Assembly (NCBI RefSeq): GCF_058153355.1 | Contig: NZ_CM177019.1 | Strand: one strand, 5' to 3' | Length of the DNA stretch: 64,000 bases | Shown here: one piece after another, positions 1-9,140 of the stretch | How the letters are laid out: each line of letters opens with the position of its first letter | Numbering within the stretch: position 1 is the first letter of the stretch | The notes under the pieces: model-generated | Told to the model about the DNA's origin: nothing | Seen by the model: only the letters and a program-made list of their open reading frames with translations | Database searches by the model: none | Translations under genes and position numbers: made by a program

Positions 1-383
1 GGCTGGGTAAAGCCATCTTTCAGAAGTTTAAAAATCAGCTCATCCGGCTGAACTGCCGCAGAACGGCCCATCTCCTGAAAAATCGGCGCATAAATACCCA
101 GATTGTCATCCTCGAAGTCATCACGGGAAATACCCACGGTGCCTTCAAACGTTTTATTGGCGATAGAGTAGCCATGCGCTTCCATTTGCTGAATGGTTCG
201 CTTACCCACCCATTCTTTCAGGGTCGGGAATTTACCCAGCCAGCCATAGGTATTACTGCGGGTGGAAGAGTTCACCACCATTGCAATTTTGCTGTACTGC
301 GACGGGGCGTCTTCAAGACCGCCCTGAAAATCCTTACGCCAGGAGGTCATCAGGGCTTTAATGGATGCCGGGGTGACAATCAT
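1..383 (-). CDS. T: Mu major head subunit T (gp34), N-terminal 127 codons; 3' end outside window
   Basis: Manual minus-strand translation from the ATG at 383 gives MIVTPASIKALMTSWRKDFQGGLEDAPSQYSKIAMVVNSSTRSNTYGWLGKFPTLKEWVGKRTIQQMEAHGYSIANKTF..., open to the window edge. The start overlaps the stop of I as ATGA. It is absent from the ORF track because no stop lies in the window. Confidence 0.85.
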   Translation of the reverse strand, partial: MIVTPASIKALMTSWRKDFQGGLEDAPSQYSKIAMVVNSSTRSNTYGWLGKFPTLKEWVGKRTIQQMEAHGYSIANKTFEGTVGISRDDFEDDNLGIYAPIFQEMGRSAAVQPDELIFKLLKDGFTQ

Positions 384-1465
384 TTTTCTTGTTCCTGTTT
401 CATTTTCAGATACTCAGCCTCAGTAATGCCGAGCGCCTTCACTGCTGCCTGTTCATCAGCAGACAGCACCGCCACTGCCGGTTTTTCCTGTGACAGGTTT
501 TGTACCGTTGTGGTCTGCATGGCAGATAACGCAGCGATGGGCTGTTTTTTCTCAAGCTGTGCCGACAGTGCCGCCACGCCAATCTGACCGCCAAGCTGTT
601 CCAGATAGGTACGTTCGCTTTTGAAAATGCGGCCTTCCTGTTCCGCCTTGTCCAGAACGGCGCTCAGGCTGGCTGTGGCGCTTTGTGCAGTCGCCTGTGC
701 CAGTTCATCACGCAGGGCGTTGTAGCTTTCCACCGGGACGTATTTCGTCAGGTCAACGGCGGCGTTCTGTGCCTTTTCCAGTTCGGCGGATAACGACGCC
801 ACTTTCCCGGCATTACTTTCCAGCGTGTCCAGTGCGGTCAGTGCCGCTGTTGCCTGTTCATCGGTGATGTCTGCATTTTCGGGGACAGTCACCCCAAGAC
901 GCGCAAGCAGCTTGCGCAGCGTTTCATTCATGGGTTTGTTCTCCTGTTGAAGGATGTCGGGAAGGTCTGCCGCCAGTGCGGTCAGCTTTTTCATGCCGGT
1001 GGCACCGGGGTCATTGGTCAGCGCAGCAAGGCGGATTTGCAGCACCGCACCGGTGGCGGTGTCATACGGAAAAACCGCAGAGAGATAACCAAATTCGCCG
1101 TCATCGATGCGCTGCTGGGCCGCCGCCGTCCAGCGTGGGTGGATAAATAACCCTTCACCTTCACGCCACTGCATTTCATCGGCGTTAAACCAGCCAGCCG
1201 CGACGAGTTGTTCCGGGGGTAATCCTTTGTCCTTACGTAGCTGGTTATGCTCGTAATCAATCAGCACGTCCTGGTTGAGCGCGCGAACGCCTTCAACCAG
1301 ACGCCCGGCAATCTCACCGTCGATGAACCACCCCTGACCGTCTGTCACATCAAACGGACGACCATCACGGGCACTGAAATGACCGGCAGGCAATAGCTGG
1401 CACCAGCCGTCATCGTCAATGGACAGCGCACTCAGTGCGGCAATGCCAATCGCGTGTTTTTTCAT
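380..1465 (-). CDS. I: Mu protease/scaffold protein I (gp32; scaffold Z is nested in-frame in its C-terminal part)
   Basis: 361-aa ORF with an N-terminal prohead-protease-like region and an Ala/Gln/Glu-rich coiled C-terminal half. Its position between G and T matches Mu. Confidence 0.9.
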   Translation of the reverse strand: MKKHAIGIAALSALSIDDDGWCQLLPAGHFSARDGRPFDVTDGQGWFIDGEIAGRLVEGVRALNQDVLIDYEHNQLRKDKGLPPEQLVAAGWFNADEMQWREGEGLFIHPRWTAAAQQRIDDGEFGYLSAVFPYDTATGAVLQIRLAALTNDPGATGMKKLTALAADLPDILQQENKPMNETLRKLLARLGVTVPENADITDEQATAALTALDTLESNAGKVASLSAELEKAQNAAVDLTKYVPVESYNALRDELAQATAQSATASLSAVLDKAEQEGRIFKSERTYLEQLGGQIGVAALSAQLEKKQPIAALSAMQTTTVQNLSQEKPAVAVLSADEQAAVKALGITEAEYLKMKQEQEK

Positions 1466-1661
1466 GTCCTGCTGCTCATCATGGTTTGTGAGCAGTCAGT
1501 TTGCGGGTGGTGCGGGAAAATCTGGGGTTATGCTATTTGAGTAATGGAGAAAGAAAGTGGAAGGAAGATAAAACGGGATTCATACACCGTTAAATACCGG
1601 TTTAAAAATCCCCTGGCGCGTTTTAAAAAATCTGTGCGGCTGATTTCATGTCTGATTCAGT
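1466..1661. other. G-I intergenic region, expected location of the Mu central strong gyrase site (SGS)
   Basis: This is the only sizeable non-coding gap (196 bp) in the late-gene block. It lies ~17.8-18.0 kb from the Mu left end at 19506, and the SGS is described near the genome centre between G and I (recall). I did not identify the cleavage site itself. Confidence 0.55.
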
Positions 1662-2132
1662 TTATTGCCTCAGAGCGGCGCTGACGCGTTTTCTGATGGC
1701 ATCAAAAATTTCCTGTTCCCCGGTCTTATCCAGCCCCATATAAGGACGCGCAGGAACGCCTGCCGGGCGGGGTGCCATATCGGGTGTACCTCCCCACTGA
1801 TGAATGGCAGCATAAATTTTTGGCGAACCAATCAGGGCATAATCCTGTCCATAATCGGTGGTAATGCTGCGTGCCAGATCGCCATGCAGGGTAAGGATAC
1901 TGCCCGGAACAAAACCATGATCCTGACGCCATGCCTGCCACGAATCGCTCCACGCTTCCCAGCCTTTCCCTGTATCCGGGTCTGCCTGCCGTTCAAATGC
2001 CTGTTCCGTGGATGACAGCAGCGCCGCAGCCATCACACGGGGAATGGCGCGGTCACGTGTAACGGTTCCCAGTTCATCCAGTGCAAGCTGAATACGTCGC
2101 ACATCCACGGCAACGTTCATATCAAGACTCAC
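1662..2132 (-). CDS. G: Mu virion morphogenesis protein G (gp31)
   Basis: 156-aa ORF. Its GTG start overlaps the F stop (GTGA). Position is as in Mu. Confidence 0.85.
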   Translation of the reverse strand: MSLDMNVAVDVRRIQLALDELGTVTRDRAIPRVMAAALLSSTEQAFERQADPDTGKGWEAWSDSWQAWRQDHGFVPGSILTLHGDLARSITTDYGQDYALIGSPKIYAAIHQWGGTPDMAPRPAGVPARPYMGLDKTGEQEIFDAIRKRVSAALRQ

Positions 2133-3448
2133 TTATTCACCTCCACATGCCCCTCCAGTACGTCAATCATCCCGTCAGCAATCGCGGTTTCAAGCGACTG
2201 TGCAGATACGCGGCTGATACTGACCAGCACATCCGCACGGTCATTCTGCCTGCCGACTGTCTGTGATGTTCTGACCACAATCCGGGCCATGCCGTCACGG
2301 GTTGCCACAACATACAGCAACTGGTGGTTCTCCCTGTCCCACAATACTGCCTGTGGTTTTGCCATCAGCGACGGCAGATGCTGTAAATCCTCCGGTTTCA
2401 GGGCGGCATCAGCAGTGGTCGCCAGACTTTTCCCGTTCATCACAAGCAGACGGGCTGGCATATTCCCGGTGCGCTGATGTACGGCTTCAGCTACCGATTC
2501 CGTCATAAAACCCAGTGCCCGGATTTCATGACCGGTCTGACGTGATCCTGCCAGGCGTTTAAGCCAGAGGGAAAAAGCAAGCTGACGCTCCCGGCTGTTA
2601 TTCAGCGTCTGAACAACCTGCTCACGCAACTGCGCGTCGCGAATTTCCACCAGTTTTCGAATCAGTGCCTGATCCGTACCAAATGCCGCCGAACCGGGGT
2701 TATATGACCAGCCCACATCCGGCGTCATTTTTACCCGACCGTTGTCAAACGTGGTTGACGATGTGCGGAAAATCTCTCCGGTGCTTTCATCCGTACCGGC
2801 ATCCACTTCGCGGGTATTCATGAATGACGCACCATAACTGACCTGTAGCCCCAGTTCTTTCATGCGGGCCGCAGACAGCGCCCGGACGCGACAGCGGCAG
2901 TTCCAGCCATTGGGCGGGTAATGCGTCTGCCAGAAAATGTCGTCATACCGGAAAACCATATTGTGCAGCCGCGCATGTTCCGGGCGTGTTCTGCCATCCA
3001 TAACGGCAACGTACTGCCAGTACGGGTACAAATCGGCGGTATTCATCATCTGCGCATAACGTCCTGCCCCATACGCCGTACGGGTATTGACGTTATAAAT
3101 GGTTGCCAGACGACGCGGACTGCCCAGCTCGATTACCTTCGCGTTTCCGTCTGCATCCACGATGATTTGTTTTCCCCACCATCCGAGTTTTTGCAGCCGG
3201 GGGGCCAGTGTGCGGGTAAATTCCTCACGGGTGATGCCTTCACTGACAGCCCGCTCCACTTCCTCACGGATTGTGGTCAGGACATCCATCCGGGTGGCTT
3301 TGGCAACGGTAAAGGCGCGGGCGTGCGCGTCTGCCAGTTGTTCGTACCAGTTCCAGGTGATGTTGTAGCCTTTGGCGCGGAAATACGCGACAGCCTCCTT
3401 TGGCGGGAGGCGTGCGGCATACGCCAGATCAATGGTCTGCTGCGGCAT
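2129..3448 (-). CDS. F: Mu F (gp30) head morphogenesis protein
   Basis: The ORF track gives 2129..3484 starting at a GTG. I prefer the ATG at 3448 (MPQQTIDLAYAARLPPKEAV...), which has a G-rich SD-like run upstream. It overlaps the portal gene 3' end. Confidence 0.8.
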   Translation of the reverse strand: MPQQTIDLAYAARLPPKEAVAYFRAKGYNITWNWYEQLADAHARAFTVAKATRMDVLTTIREEVERAVSEGITREEFTRTLAPRLQKLGWWGKQIIVDADGNAKVIELGSPRRLATIYNVNTRTAYGAGRYAQMMNTADLYPYWQYVAVMDGRTRPEHARLHNMVFRYDDIFWQTHYPPNGWNCRCRVRALSAARMKELGLQVSYGASFMNTREVDAGTDESTGEIFRTSSTTFDNGRVKMTPDVGWSYNPGSAAFGTDQALIRKLVEIRDAQLREQVVQTLNNSRERQLAFSLWLKRLAGSRQTGHEIRALGFMTESVAEAVHQRTGNMPARLLVMNGKSLATTADAALKPEDLQHLPSLMAKPQAVLWDRENHQLLYVVATRDGMARIVVRTSQTVGRQNDRADVLVSISRVSAQSLETAIADGMIDVLEGHVEVNK

Positions 3449-4967
3449 CCAGACGCCCCCATATATCGGCAACAAAAATGGCACGGGTCAGCATGTCGAT
3501 AAGTTCTGCATCATCCATCTGCGGATATAATGAAGCAGCTTTGTTCATGGCGGCTTCCGGGCCATCTTTCAGCACAGAAAAAATGACGGGTTTCAGCAGG
3601 GGATCAACCGAACGCTGCCAGTCTTCCGGTGAGACGCCCATCCGGTCGATATCATCCTCCTGCGGGATATCTTCAGCGGATAATGCGGCCTCTTTCTGCG
3701 GACCGTTATCCGGGACAACCGGTTGAGCAGTAAACACGGCTTCATCACCGACCGGCTGTGGAATATGAAGTTTTTCCTGTATCCAGGAGACCGGAATACG
3801 CATTCCCGCCGCCAGTTTCGGAATGGCGTCAGACAGTGCCGTAATATCACCCGCTTCACTGGTATCAAACACAATGCCCGGCAGGCGGTTAATATCAATG
3901 GTGCTGTCACTGTTCAGTGCCAGCAGGGGATAAATCAGGTCACGGTTAATACTGCGGGCAAGCTGGCCCACATCCGCGTTACGGATTTCCCGGCGAACCT
4001 CATCATGCACTTCACCCAGCGACCGTGCACCTTTATCGCCAGCCTCTGTGGTCAGGGTGCCGCCCAGAATGGCTTTTGAAATCGCTTTTTCTGCCCAGCC
4101 AATCATCGCCATAAAGGGGTCTGACTGACCATCTGCGGCGCTCTGAAAATCCAGCGTCATCCCCATCGGAATAATGCCGCCGGCACGTCGCCCGATATCC
4201 ATCACGGCCTGCATCAGCGTGGCTTTCTCGCGGTTCGTTGAGCCGGTCGGATATTTACCGACGCGCATGGGGAGTCCGTAAATTTCCAGAAACTCTGCAA
4301 AATCACGCACGGAATAGTTTTTAAAAATAAAAGGCCAGATAAGCGTGCGCACAAGGCCATTGGTGCCGACATACCCGGTGCGGGATTTGGCCCGGTGCAT
4401 AAACCAGCCGAACGGTTGCAGCTCCAGCCCGTGATAAGACGCATCACGCAGGCGTAATTCGTTCAGATTGTCGGGGTTCGCACAGAACAGCGCCGGATCG
4501 CGATGATGCAGCGCCACCGGCACGCGCATTTTGCCCAGCCAGCCCCATTCAATCTCCTGCATGGAATAACCCTTGAGAATGGCATCACCGGCATCAAACA
4601 GGGCATCTTCAAACCACGCCGCATCATGCAGATATTCATTCAGCATGTCGGCGTCTTTTTTCTCCTGTGCGCTGGCATCACGTGCCGGAGCGATGCGCCA
4701 TTCCAGCGCCTGAATGGCAAGGCGGCGCTTGCTCAGTTCGGAAAAAAGGTGGGTGTCCTTTTCTTCCATATCAAAGGCCAGGTCAGCCTGTGCGGTCAGA
4801 TCACCGCGTTCGGCATCACGCAGCATCTGCGCGGCCCGGTTCGGCGTCACACCACTGGAAGGATGCTCCTGCGTACGCTTCATGACCATTGCCAGCTCAT
4901 CGCTGCGGGTCTGCATTTCATCGTCAAAATCAAACGGCTGCCCGGAAATATCCAGAATACGGCCCAT
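3429..4967 (-). CDS. H: Mu portal protein H (gp29)
   Basis: 512-aa ORF whose start overlaps the terminase stop (TAATG). Size and position match the Mu portal. Confidence 0.9.
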   Translation of the reverse strand: MGRILDISGQPFDFDDEMQTRSDELAMVMKRTQEHPSSGVTPNRAAQMLRDAERGDLTAQADLAFDMEEKDTHLFSELSKRRLAIQALEWRIAPARDASAQEKKDADMLNEYLHDAAWFEDALFDAGDAILKGYSMQEIEWGWLGKMRVPVALHHRDPALFCANPDNLNELRLRDASYHGLELQPFGWFMHRAKSRTGYVGTNGLVRTLIWPFIFKNYSVRDFAEFLEIYGLPMRVGKYPTGSTNREKATLMQAVMDIGRRAGGIIPMGMTLDFQSAADGQSDPFMAMIGWAEKAISKAILGGTLTTEAGDKGARSLGEVHDEVRREIRNADVGQLARSINRDLIYPLLALNSDSTIDINRLPGIVFDTSEAGDITALSDAIPKLAAGMRIPVSWIQEKLHIPQPVGDEAVFTAQPVVPDNGPQKEAALSAEDIPQEDDIDRMGVSPEDWQRSVDPLLKPVIFSVLKDGPEAAMNKAASLYPQMDDAELIDMLTRAIFVADIWGRLDAAADH

Positions 4968-6622
4968 TACCAGCCCCCTCGTTCAAACTGGTGATAATCA
5001 TCAAAATCATCGTTATCAACATCATCACCACGGTGGCGTGGTGGCAGCGCCTGTATGCTGTCCTCGTCGATAACAAAACCATTCATATAAGACGCTCTGA
5101 CAGCCATACAGAGCGCCACGGCAAAGTCGCCATGTCGTCGGCCTTTACCACCTTCATCTTTTGTGCGCCCCTTATCAATCTGCGGAATACCTTTGTCCAC
5201 CTTGATGTGGAGCAGGTCATCAAGAGTGGTCTGGTGCCGGGCAATCGTGATGTTCTGCGCTTCAAACTCGCCTTTCAGTTTTGGCATCCACTCCTGATAC
5301 CAGGATGCGGTCAGATTCACACAGTCGATCATCTCCGGGCCATAAATCAGACGGGCGGCTTCTGCCAGATAACCGCCGTTACCGGTGGCATCAAATGCAG
5401 CGCCGGTAAAACGGGGCAAACGGGACAGAATGAATAAAAGGATTTGTCGCTGCTGGTCATAGGTCACATTACGCAGCTCCACGCGGAAACATTCGCGTTT
5501 GCGTAAGTCAGGAGTGATGGCAAGCGGAACAAACACCGTCAGGTCGCCACGGCGTGCAAAGTCTTCGCCCAGTACGTGTTTATTGAGCGGCGACAGCGCA
5601 TCGAGCAACGGGAGCAGCTCCTGTTCACACCAGTCCTGAACGATGCCGTGGCGCATTTGTGGTGTCAGCGATTCAAAATCGTCCGGGGCTTCAAAACGCA
5701 GAATCGGGATATCCCGCGCTGGCGTCATGGCGGCTTCAATCAGCACGCGTGACAGATAAGCGCCCCCGGATTTTTTAGGAATGCAGCCGTATTCCTCGTC
5801 GGCACTCTCTTTATTCGGCGCATTCCGGTACAGGCCATCACGCCAGGCTTTTTCCGCTTCCGGCGACCACGGCTGATTCGTGACGTAACAGATACGTCGG
5901 TACAACCCGTCAGCGATGGCATCATCCAGCGTGATGCGGTGAACGCTGTAATCCTTGCGCCCCTCGCGCGCATCCTGAATGTACTGGTTAAACAGGTTAT
6001 CGACGCCGTTATGTGTCGATATGATCCGCACGCGGGCACCCCACATGGTGAGAGCAAAGGCCGCTTTCAGGAGTTCGTCCAGGGCTTCATGAAATGCCGC
6101 CTCATCAATCACCACGTCCCCCTGCAAACCACGCAGGTTAGACGGACGGCTTGACAGCGCCTGCACCTTAAATCCGCTGTTAGGGAAACGGATCATATAA
6201 GTGAGGATTTCTTCTTTTTTGTCGCTGTCCCAGAAGGTCTGCTCCCAGACATCAGCCTTTGCCAGCTGGTTAAAGGCGCGGGCAAACAGGGCACAGGCGG
6301 CGATATATTCCAGCGCCATTTCCTGACGGGAACCCACATAAAAGACGTTGCGACCGCCACGGCGGCGCGGCTTTGCTGCCGTCATGACATTGCGGCCCGC
6401 TTCGGCCCATGTCAGACCGGTACGACGGGATTTTTCAGCGATGCAAATCTGGCTTTCATCCTCAAACCAGCGGCGCTGATAGCCCAGAAAAACCGGTTCA
6501 TTGCGGGGCTGTGCTTCCCCGATATCGGTCACGATATTCACGCCGAGCAGTTCGGCTTCCTCACGCAGGTTGATTTTTCGGGGGGCATGAAGGGCTTTAA
6601 GGTTGTTTTCTCTGGTGTTCAT
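4967..6622 (-). CDS. Mu terminase large subunit (gp28)
   Basis: The 615-aa track ORF is trimmed to the internal ATG at 6622 (MNTRENNLKALHAPRK...), which lies 8 nt past the gp27 stop. The upstream extension overlaps gp27 out of frame. Confidence 0.85.
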   Translation of the reverse strand: MNTRENNLKALHAPRKINLREEAELLGVNIVTDIGEAQPRNEPVFLGYQRRWFEDESQICIAEKSRRTGLTWAEAGRNVMTAAKPRRRGGRNVFYVGSRQEMALEYIAACALFARAFNQLAKADVWEQTFWDSDKKEEILTYMIRFPNSGFKVQALSSRPSNLRGLQGDVVIDEAAFHEALDELLKAAFALTMWGARVRIISTHNGVDNLFNQYIQDAREGRKDYSVHRITLDDAIADGLYRRICYVTNQPWSPEAEKAWRDGLYRNAPNKESADEEYGCIPKKSGGAYLSRVLIEAAMTPARDIPILRFEAPDDFESLTPQMRHGIVQDWCEQELLPLLDALSPLNKHVLGEDFARRGDLTVFVPLAITPDLRKRECFRVELRNVTYDQQRQILLFILSRLPRFTGAAFDATGNGGYLAEAARLIYGPEMIDCVNLTASWYQEWMPKLKGEFEAQNITIARHQTTLDDLLHIKVDKGIPQIDKGRTKDEGGKGRRHGDFAVALCMAVRASYMNGFVIDEDSIQALPPRHRGDDVDNDDFDDYHQFERGGW

Positions 6623-6629
6623 AACCCTC

Positions 6630-7205
6630 TCATGCCTTACCCAGCAGCACATCACGGATACGCTGCTCCAGCTCTTCGCTGATGCCATCCTGCCCGCGCA
6701 GTTCTTCACTGACGGCGTTTGCCGCTTCTTCTGCGAATGCCTGGCGGATTTCTTTCTCGCGCCGGTGGCTGGACATTGCCGTGGATTCCAGACGCTGTGC
6801 CGCCAGCATGGCATTTTTCAGCAGGTCAATATCCACGTCAGATTCCGGGTTTTCGATTTGCCGCATCATGGCCTTAAAAAGCTGGCTGCGGGCCATTTCC
6901 AGAATCAGCTTTGTGGTTTCTCCCATTGGCTTGTCGCCAAGTTCTGCGGTCAGTGCTGACGTCATTTCACGCATCTGTCGCAGGTTATGGCCTACCTGCT
7001 CGACGTTCGTCGCGTAACGATTCAGACCGGAACGGGAGAGTTTCATCTCATCCGGCAGGCCAGCGTCTTCAATCAGTGCGTTAATTTCTTCCAGAATGCG
7101 GGCCTGTGGGATCGCCTTATCACGCAGCATTTCATGCAGCGTTTTACGTACGTTTTCCGGCAGTAAATCCACTTTTGAAGCCCGGCCCCGTGTTTTCCTG
7201 TCCAT
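6630..7205 (-). CDS. Mu gp27, putative small terminase / DNA-binding packaging protein
   Basis: Start chosen at the ATG at 7205 (MDRKTRGRASKVDLL...) because AGGAGG sits 5 nt upstream. The track start at 7220 lacks an SD. Confidence 0.7.
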   Translation of the reverse strand: MDRKTRGRASKVDLLPENVRKTLHEMLRDKAIPQARILEEINALIEDAGLPDEMKLSRSGLNRYATNVEQVGHNLRQMREMTSALTAELGDKPMGETTKLILEMARSQLFKAMMRQIENPESDVDIDLLKNAMLAAQRLESTAMSSHRREKEIRQAFAEEAANAVSEELRGQDGISEELEQRIRDVLLGKA

Positions 7206-7216
7206 CACGCCTCCTG

Positions 7217-7507
7217 TCATGCACGGGGACGCGGACGCTTGACACCGGCAACGCGGGCGCGGCCTTCCGCCACATCCTGACCTCGGGAGGTCAGCGTTAC
7301 GACATAAAAGCCGCGCAGGTTTTCCACGGTGACCAGTTGCTGCTCTGCCAGCCAGTCAATCTGGCCGCGAACCACATCGCGGGAAACGTTGTGTCCGTAT
7401 GCATCCAGACAGTCCTGAAGGATGGATTCGTTGGCTTCGTTATTGCAGTCCATCAGGGAACGCAGGATGACCAGACGACGGTCTTCAGTCAGAATATCGT
7501 TAATCAT
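7217..7507 (-). CDS. Mu gp26, unknown function
   Basis: 96-aa ORF tightly packed between gp25 and gp27. The helix-rich sequence has a basic tail. Confidence 0.7.
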   Translation of the reverse strand: MINDILTEDRRLVILRSLMDCNNEANESILQDCLDAYGHNVSRDVVRGQIDWLAEQQLVTVENLRGFYVVTLTSRGQDVAEGRARVAGVKRPRPRA

Positions 7508-7803
7508 GAATTACTCCGGTTTACTGCGTTTTCAAGCAGCAGCTCCAGTTGATGGGAAAATGACTGCACCCGCTGGGACAGCACCCGGATATCGCCGGAC
7601 AGCTCTGCAATACGCAGGCGCATTTCGTGTACATCTTCTGTGCCGGGGATGCTGGCGTAGCGGGTTTCCATTTCGGTCATCCGGTTTTCAAGACGCTCCA
7701 CACGCTCAGTGCTGGCAAAACTACGACGCATTGCCCAGACGGCCCCACCGGCCACAACAGGCAACAGGTAAGGCCATAACGCTAAAACTGAAATCAAATC
7801 CAT
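7504..7803 (-). CDS. Mu gp25, small single-pass membrane protein (lysis-associated)
   Basis: Start chosen at the ATG at 7803 (MDLISVLALWPYLLPVVAGGAVWAM...), which overlaps the gp24 stop as TAATG and has GGAG upstream. It has a hydrophobic N-terminal TMD followed by a coiled region. Confidence 0.65.
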   Translation of the reverse strand: MDLISVLALWPYLLPVVAGGAVWAMRRSFASTERVERLENRMTEMETRYASIPGTEDVHEMRLRIAELSGDIRVLSQRVQSFSHQLELLLENAVNRSNS

Positions 7804-7997
7804 TATTCTGCTCCACGGCACCAGTGGCAGTAGTTCGCCATCGGCTGCTGTCTCAGCACATCAGGCCGCAGCTCACGACCGCAACCGGCACACAATACAG
7901 GCGGGTCATACGCCGCCGGGCGGGGAATATCACGGGTATCCCCCTGCCAGAGTTCAGCGAGCAGCAGCGCCACCGCCCGGTTCTGGTCTTCGTTCAT
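7803..7997 (-). CDS. Mu gp24, small Cys-pair (zinc-ribbon-like) protein
   Basis: 64-aa ORF with CAGC...CHWC cysteine pairs, at the position of Mu gp24. Confidence 0.6.
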   Translation of the reverse strand: MNEDQNRAVALLLAELWQGDTRDIPRPAAYDPPVLCAGCGRELRPDVLRQQPMANYCHWCRGAE

Positions 7998-8295
7998 AAA
8001 TTTCTTTCCTTCGGGTCTCCTGTTCCCGGACTGATGCCTTGTCGCGGTTGCACTGCCCGAGCGCCATCAACAGGTCAGCATTCCAGAGAAGGGATGCTCC
8101 CCACGTCAGGGGCTGTGGCATGGGCGGAACGGGCGTTGCTTCCGTCAGTTCTGCATCAGTTTCGGGCAGGATCACCACCGATGGCACGGGTGCGTTTTTC
8201 GAGTTCCCGCAACCTGTCAGCAGCAACGGCAGGCACAGGACGAGTGCTGCAATTGTCACCGGTAATGGCGGTTGTAATTTTTTGTTTTGCATCAT
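7954..8295 (-). CDS. Outer-membrane spanin lipoprotein (Mu gp23.1-like), overlapping the i-spanin gene in another frame
   Basis: An internal start in track ORF 7954..8430 gives MMQNKKLQPPLPVTIAALVLCLPLLLTGCGNSK, a signal peptide plus the lipobox LLTGC. It begins inside gp23 and extends past it (overlapped spanin architecture). The start codon is uncertain (8292, 8295 or 8310). Confidence 0.65.
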   Translation of the reverse strand: MMQNKKLQPPLPVTIAALVLCLPLLLTGCGNSKNAPVPSVVILPETDAELTEATPVPPMPQPLTWGASLLWNADLLMALGQCNRDKASVREQETRRKEIYERRPEPGGGAAAR

Positions 8296-8542
8296 GATGT
8301 TCTGTCTCATCTTCCAGCCGCGCGGCACGATTTGCGGCACGGATAGCGGAAAATACCTGCATCGTCTGTTCCTGACTGTGTAACAACCATTCAGCAGTGT
8401 GGCGGGCCTGTTGCTCCGTCTGTAATTCACGGCGCAGCGTCTGGTTATCGTGGCGGGTGCTGTCCAGCCTGTGCCACAACACCCCGGACAGAACGGCGGT
8501 AAACACGGCTGCCAGCAGTAAACTTTTACTGGCGAAGGTCAT
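8156..8542 (-). CDS. Inner-membrane spanin (Mu gp23)
   Basis: 128-aa ORF with the N-terminal TMD LLLAAVFTAVLSGVLW and a charged coiled periplasmic domain. It lies immediately after lys. Confidence 0.75.
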   Translation of the reverse strand: MTFASKSLLLAAVFTAVLSGVLWHRLDSTRHDNQTLRRELQTEQQARHTAEWLLHSQEQTMQVFSAIRAANRAARLEDETEHHDAKQKITTAITGDNCSTRPVPAVAADRLRELEKRTRAIGGDPARN

Positions 8543-9044
8543 CCGCCCCCCTGATATTCCAGATTGCCATTTCCACTTCGCGACGGTTCATCAGTCCTTT
8601 CCATTTATGGCCTGCGGCAAACACCCAGCGGGCCATCTGGTCACGTGCTCCGGCGTAATCACCGGCATTGAGTTTTTTCAGCAGCGTTGATTTACTGAAT
8701 GCGGTAACACCGGTGTTGAAAATAAACGTTGCCAGCGCCGTTTTCTGATATGGCGTCAGCGGCACCCTGACAAGACGATCGATTGCCGCATAAACCGGTT
8801 TTAAATCACTGTCGAGGAGAGCCATACACTCCGCATGGCTGTAACGGCGCATTTCAATATCCGGCCCGGTATGTCCCACACAGACCGTAAGCACACCGGC
8901 AATATCGCGGTAAGGCAGATAAGCGATATTTTCCAGATGGATCAGAGACTGACGGGTCATTTCCTGATAACCACCCACACCGCCACCGGCAATTGTTACA
9001 GCCAGCAGTGCGGCTTTCAGTTTTTTTGGGATCTCCGCCATCAT
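8526..9044 (-). CDS. lys: Mu endolysin Lys (gp22), SAR-type lysozyme
   Basis: M(M)AEIPKKLKAALLAVTIAGGGVGGYQEM... has a Gly/Ala-rich signal-anchor-release N-terminus and a T4-lysozyme-like body. It matches my recall of Mu Lys. The start may be the second ATG (9041). Confidence 0.9.
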   Translation of the reverse strand: MMAEIPKKLKAALLAVTIAGGGVGGYQEMTRQSLIHLENIAYLPYRDIAGVLTVCVGHTGPDIEMRRYSHAECMALLDSDLKPVYAAIDRLVRVPLTPYQKTALATFIFNTGVTAFSKSTLLKKLNAGDYAGARDQMARWVFAAGHKWKGLMNRREVEMAIWNIRGADDLRQ

Positions 9045-9135
9045 GCTTCCCTGAAAAAATGCGCTGATGGCAGTCTAAAAAATCAGGTGACAGGTGCGGG
9101 ATTATGGTGACAGGAAATAACCGGCAGGATGCCGG
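9045..9135 (-). promoter_or_regulatory. Region expected to hold the C-dependent late promoter Plys
   Basis: 91-bp gap between the C stop and the lys start. In Mu, Plys is located here (recall). I did not confidently delimit the -10 or the C-binding site. Confidence 0.4.
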
Positions 9136-9140
9136 TTATT
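9116..9140 (-). terminator. Perfect 11-bp stem / 3-nt loop hairpin spanning the C stop codon (possible end of the middle transcript)
   Basis: aataaccggca-gga-tgccggttatt is seen directly in the sequence. No U-run follows on the minus strand, so this is not a canonical intrinsic terminator. Confidence 0.35.

Noticed and set aside
6623-6814. 64-codon N-terminal extension of the terminase large-subunit ORF
   Set aside because: It overlaps the gp27 coding region out of frame. The internal ATG at 6622 sits just after the gp27 stop and gives the expected N-terminus.
7422-8297. 291-aa plus-strand ORF across the Mu lysis and gp24-gp26 region. The same applies to 10209..10868 (219 aa), 2921..3502 (193 aa) and 4889..5437 (182 aa).
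   Set aside because: They are antisense to tightly packed, recognisable Mu genes, with Arg/Pro/Ser-rich nonsense-like composition. These are shadow ORFs.
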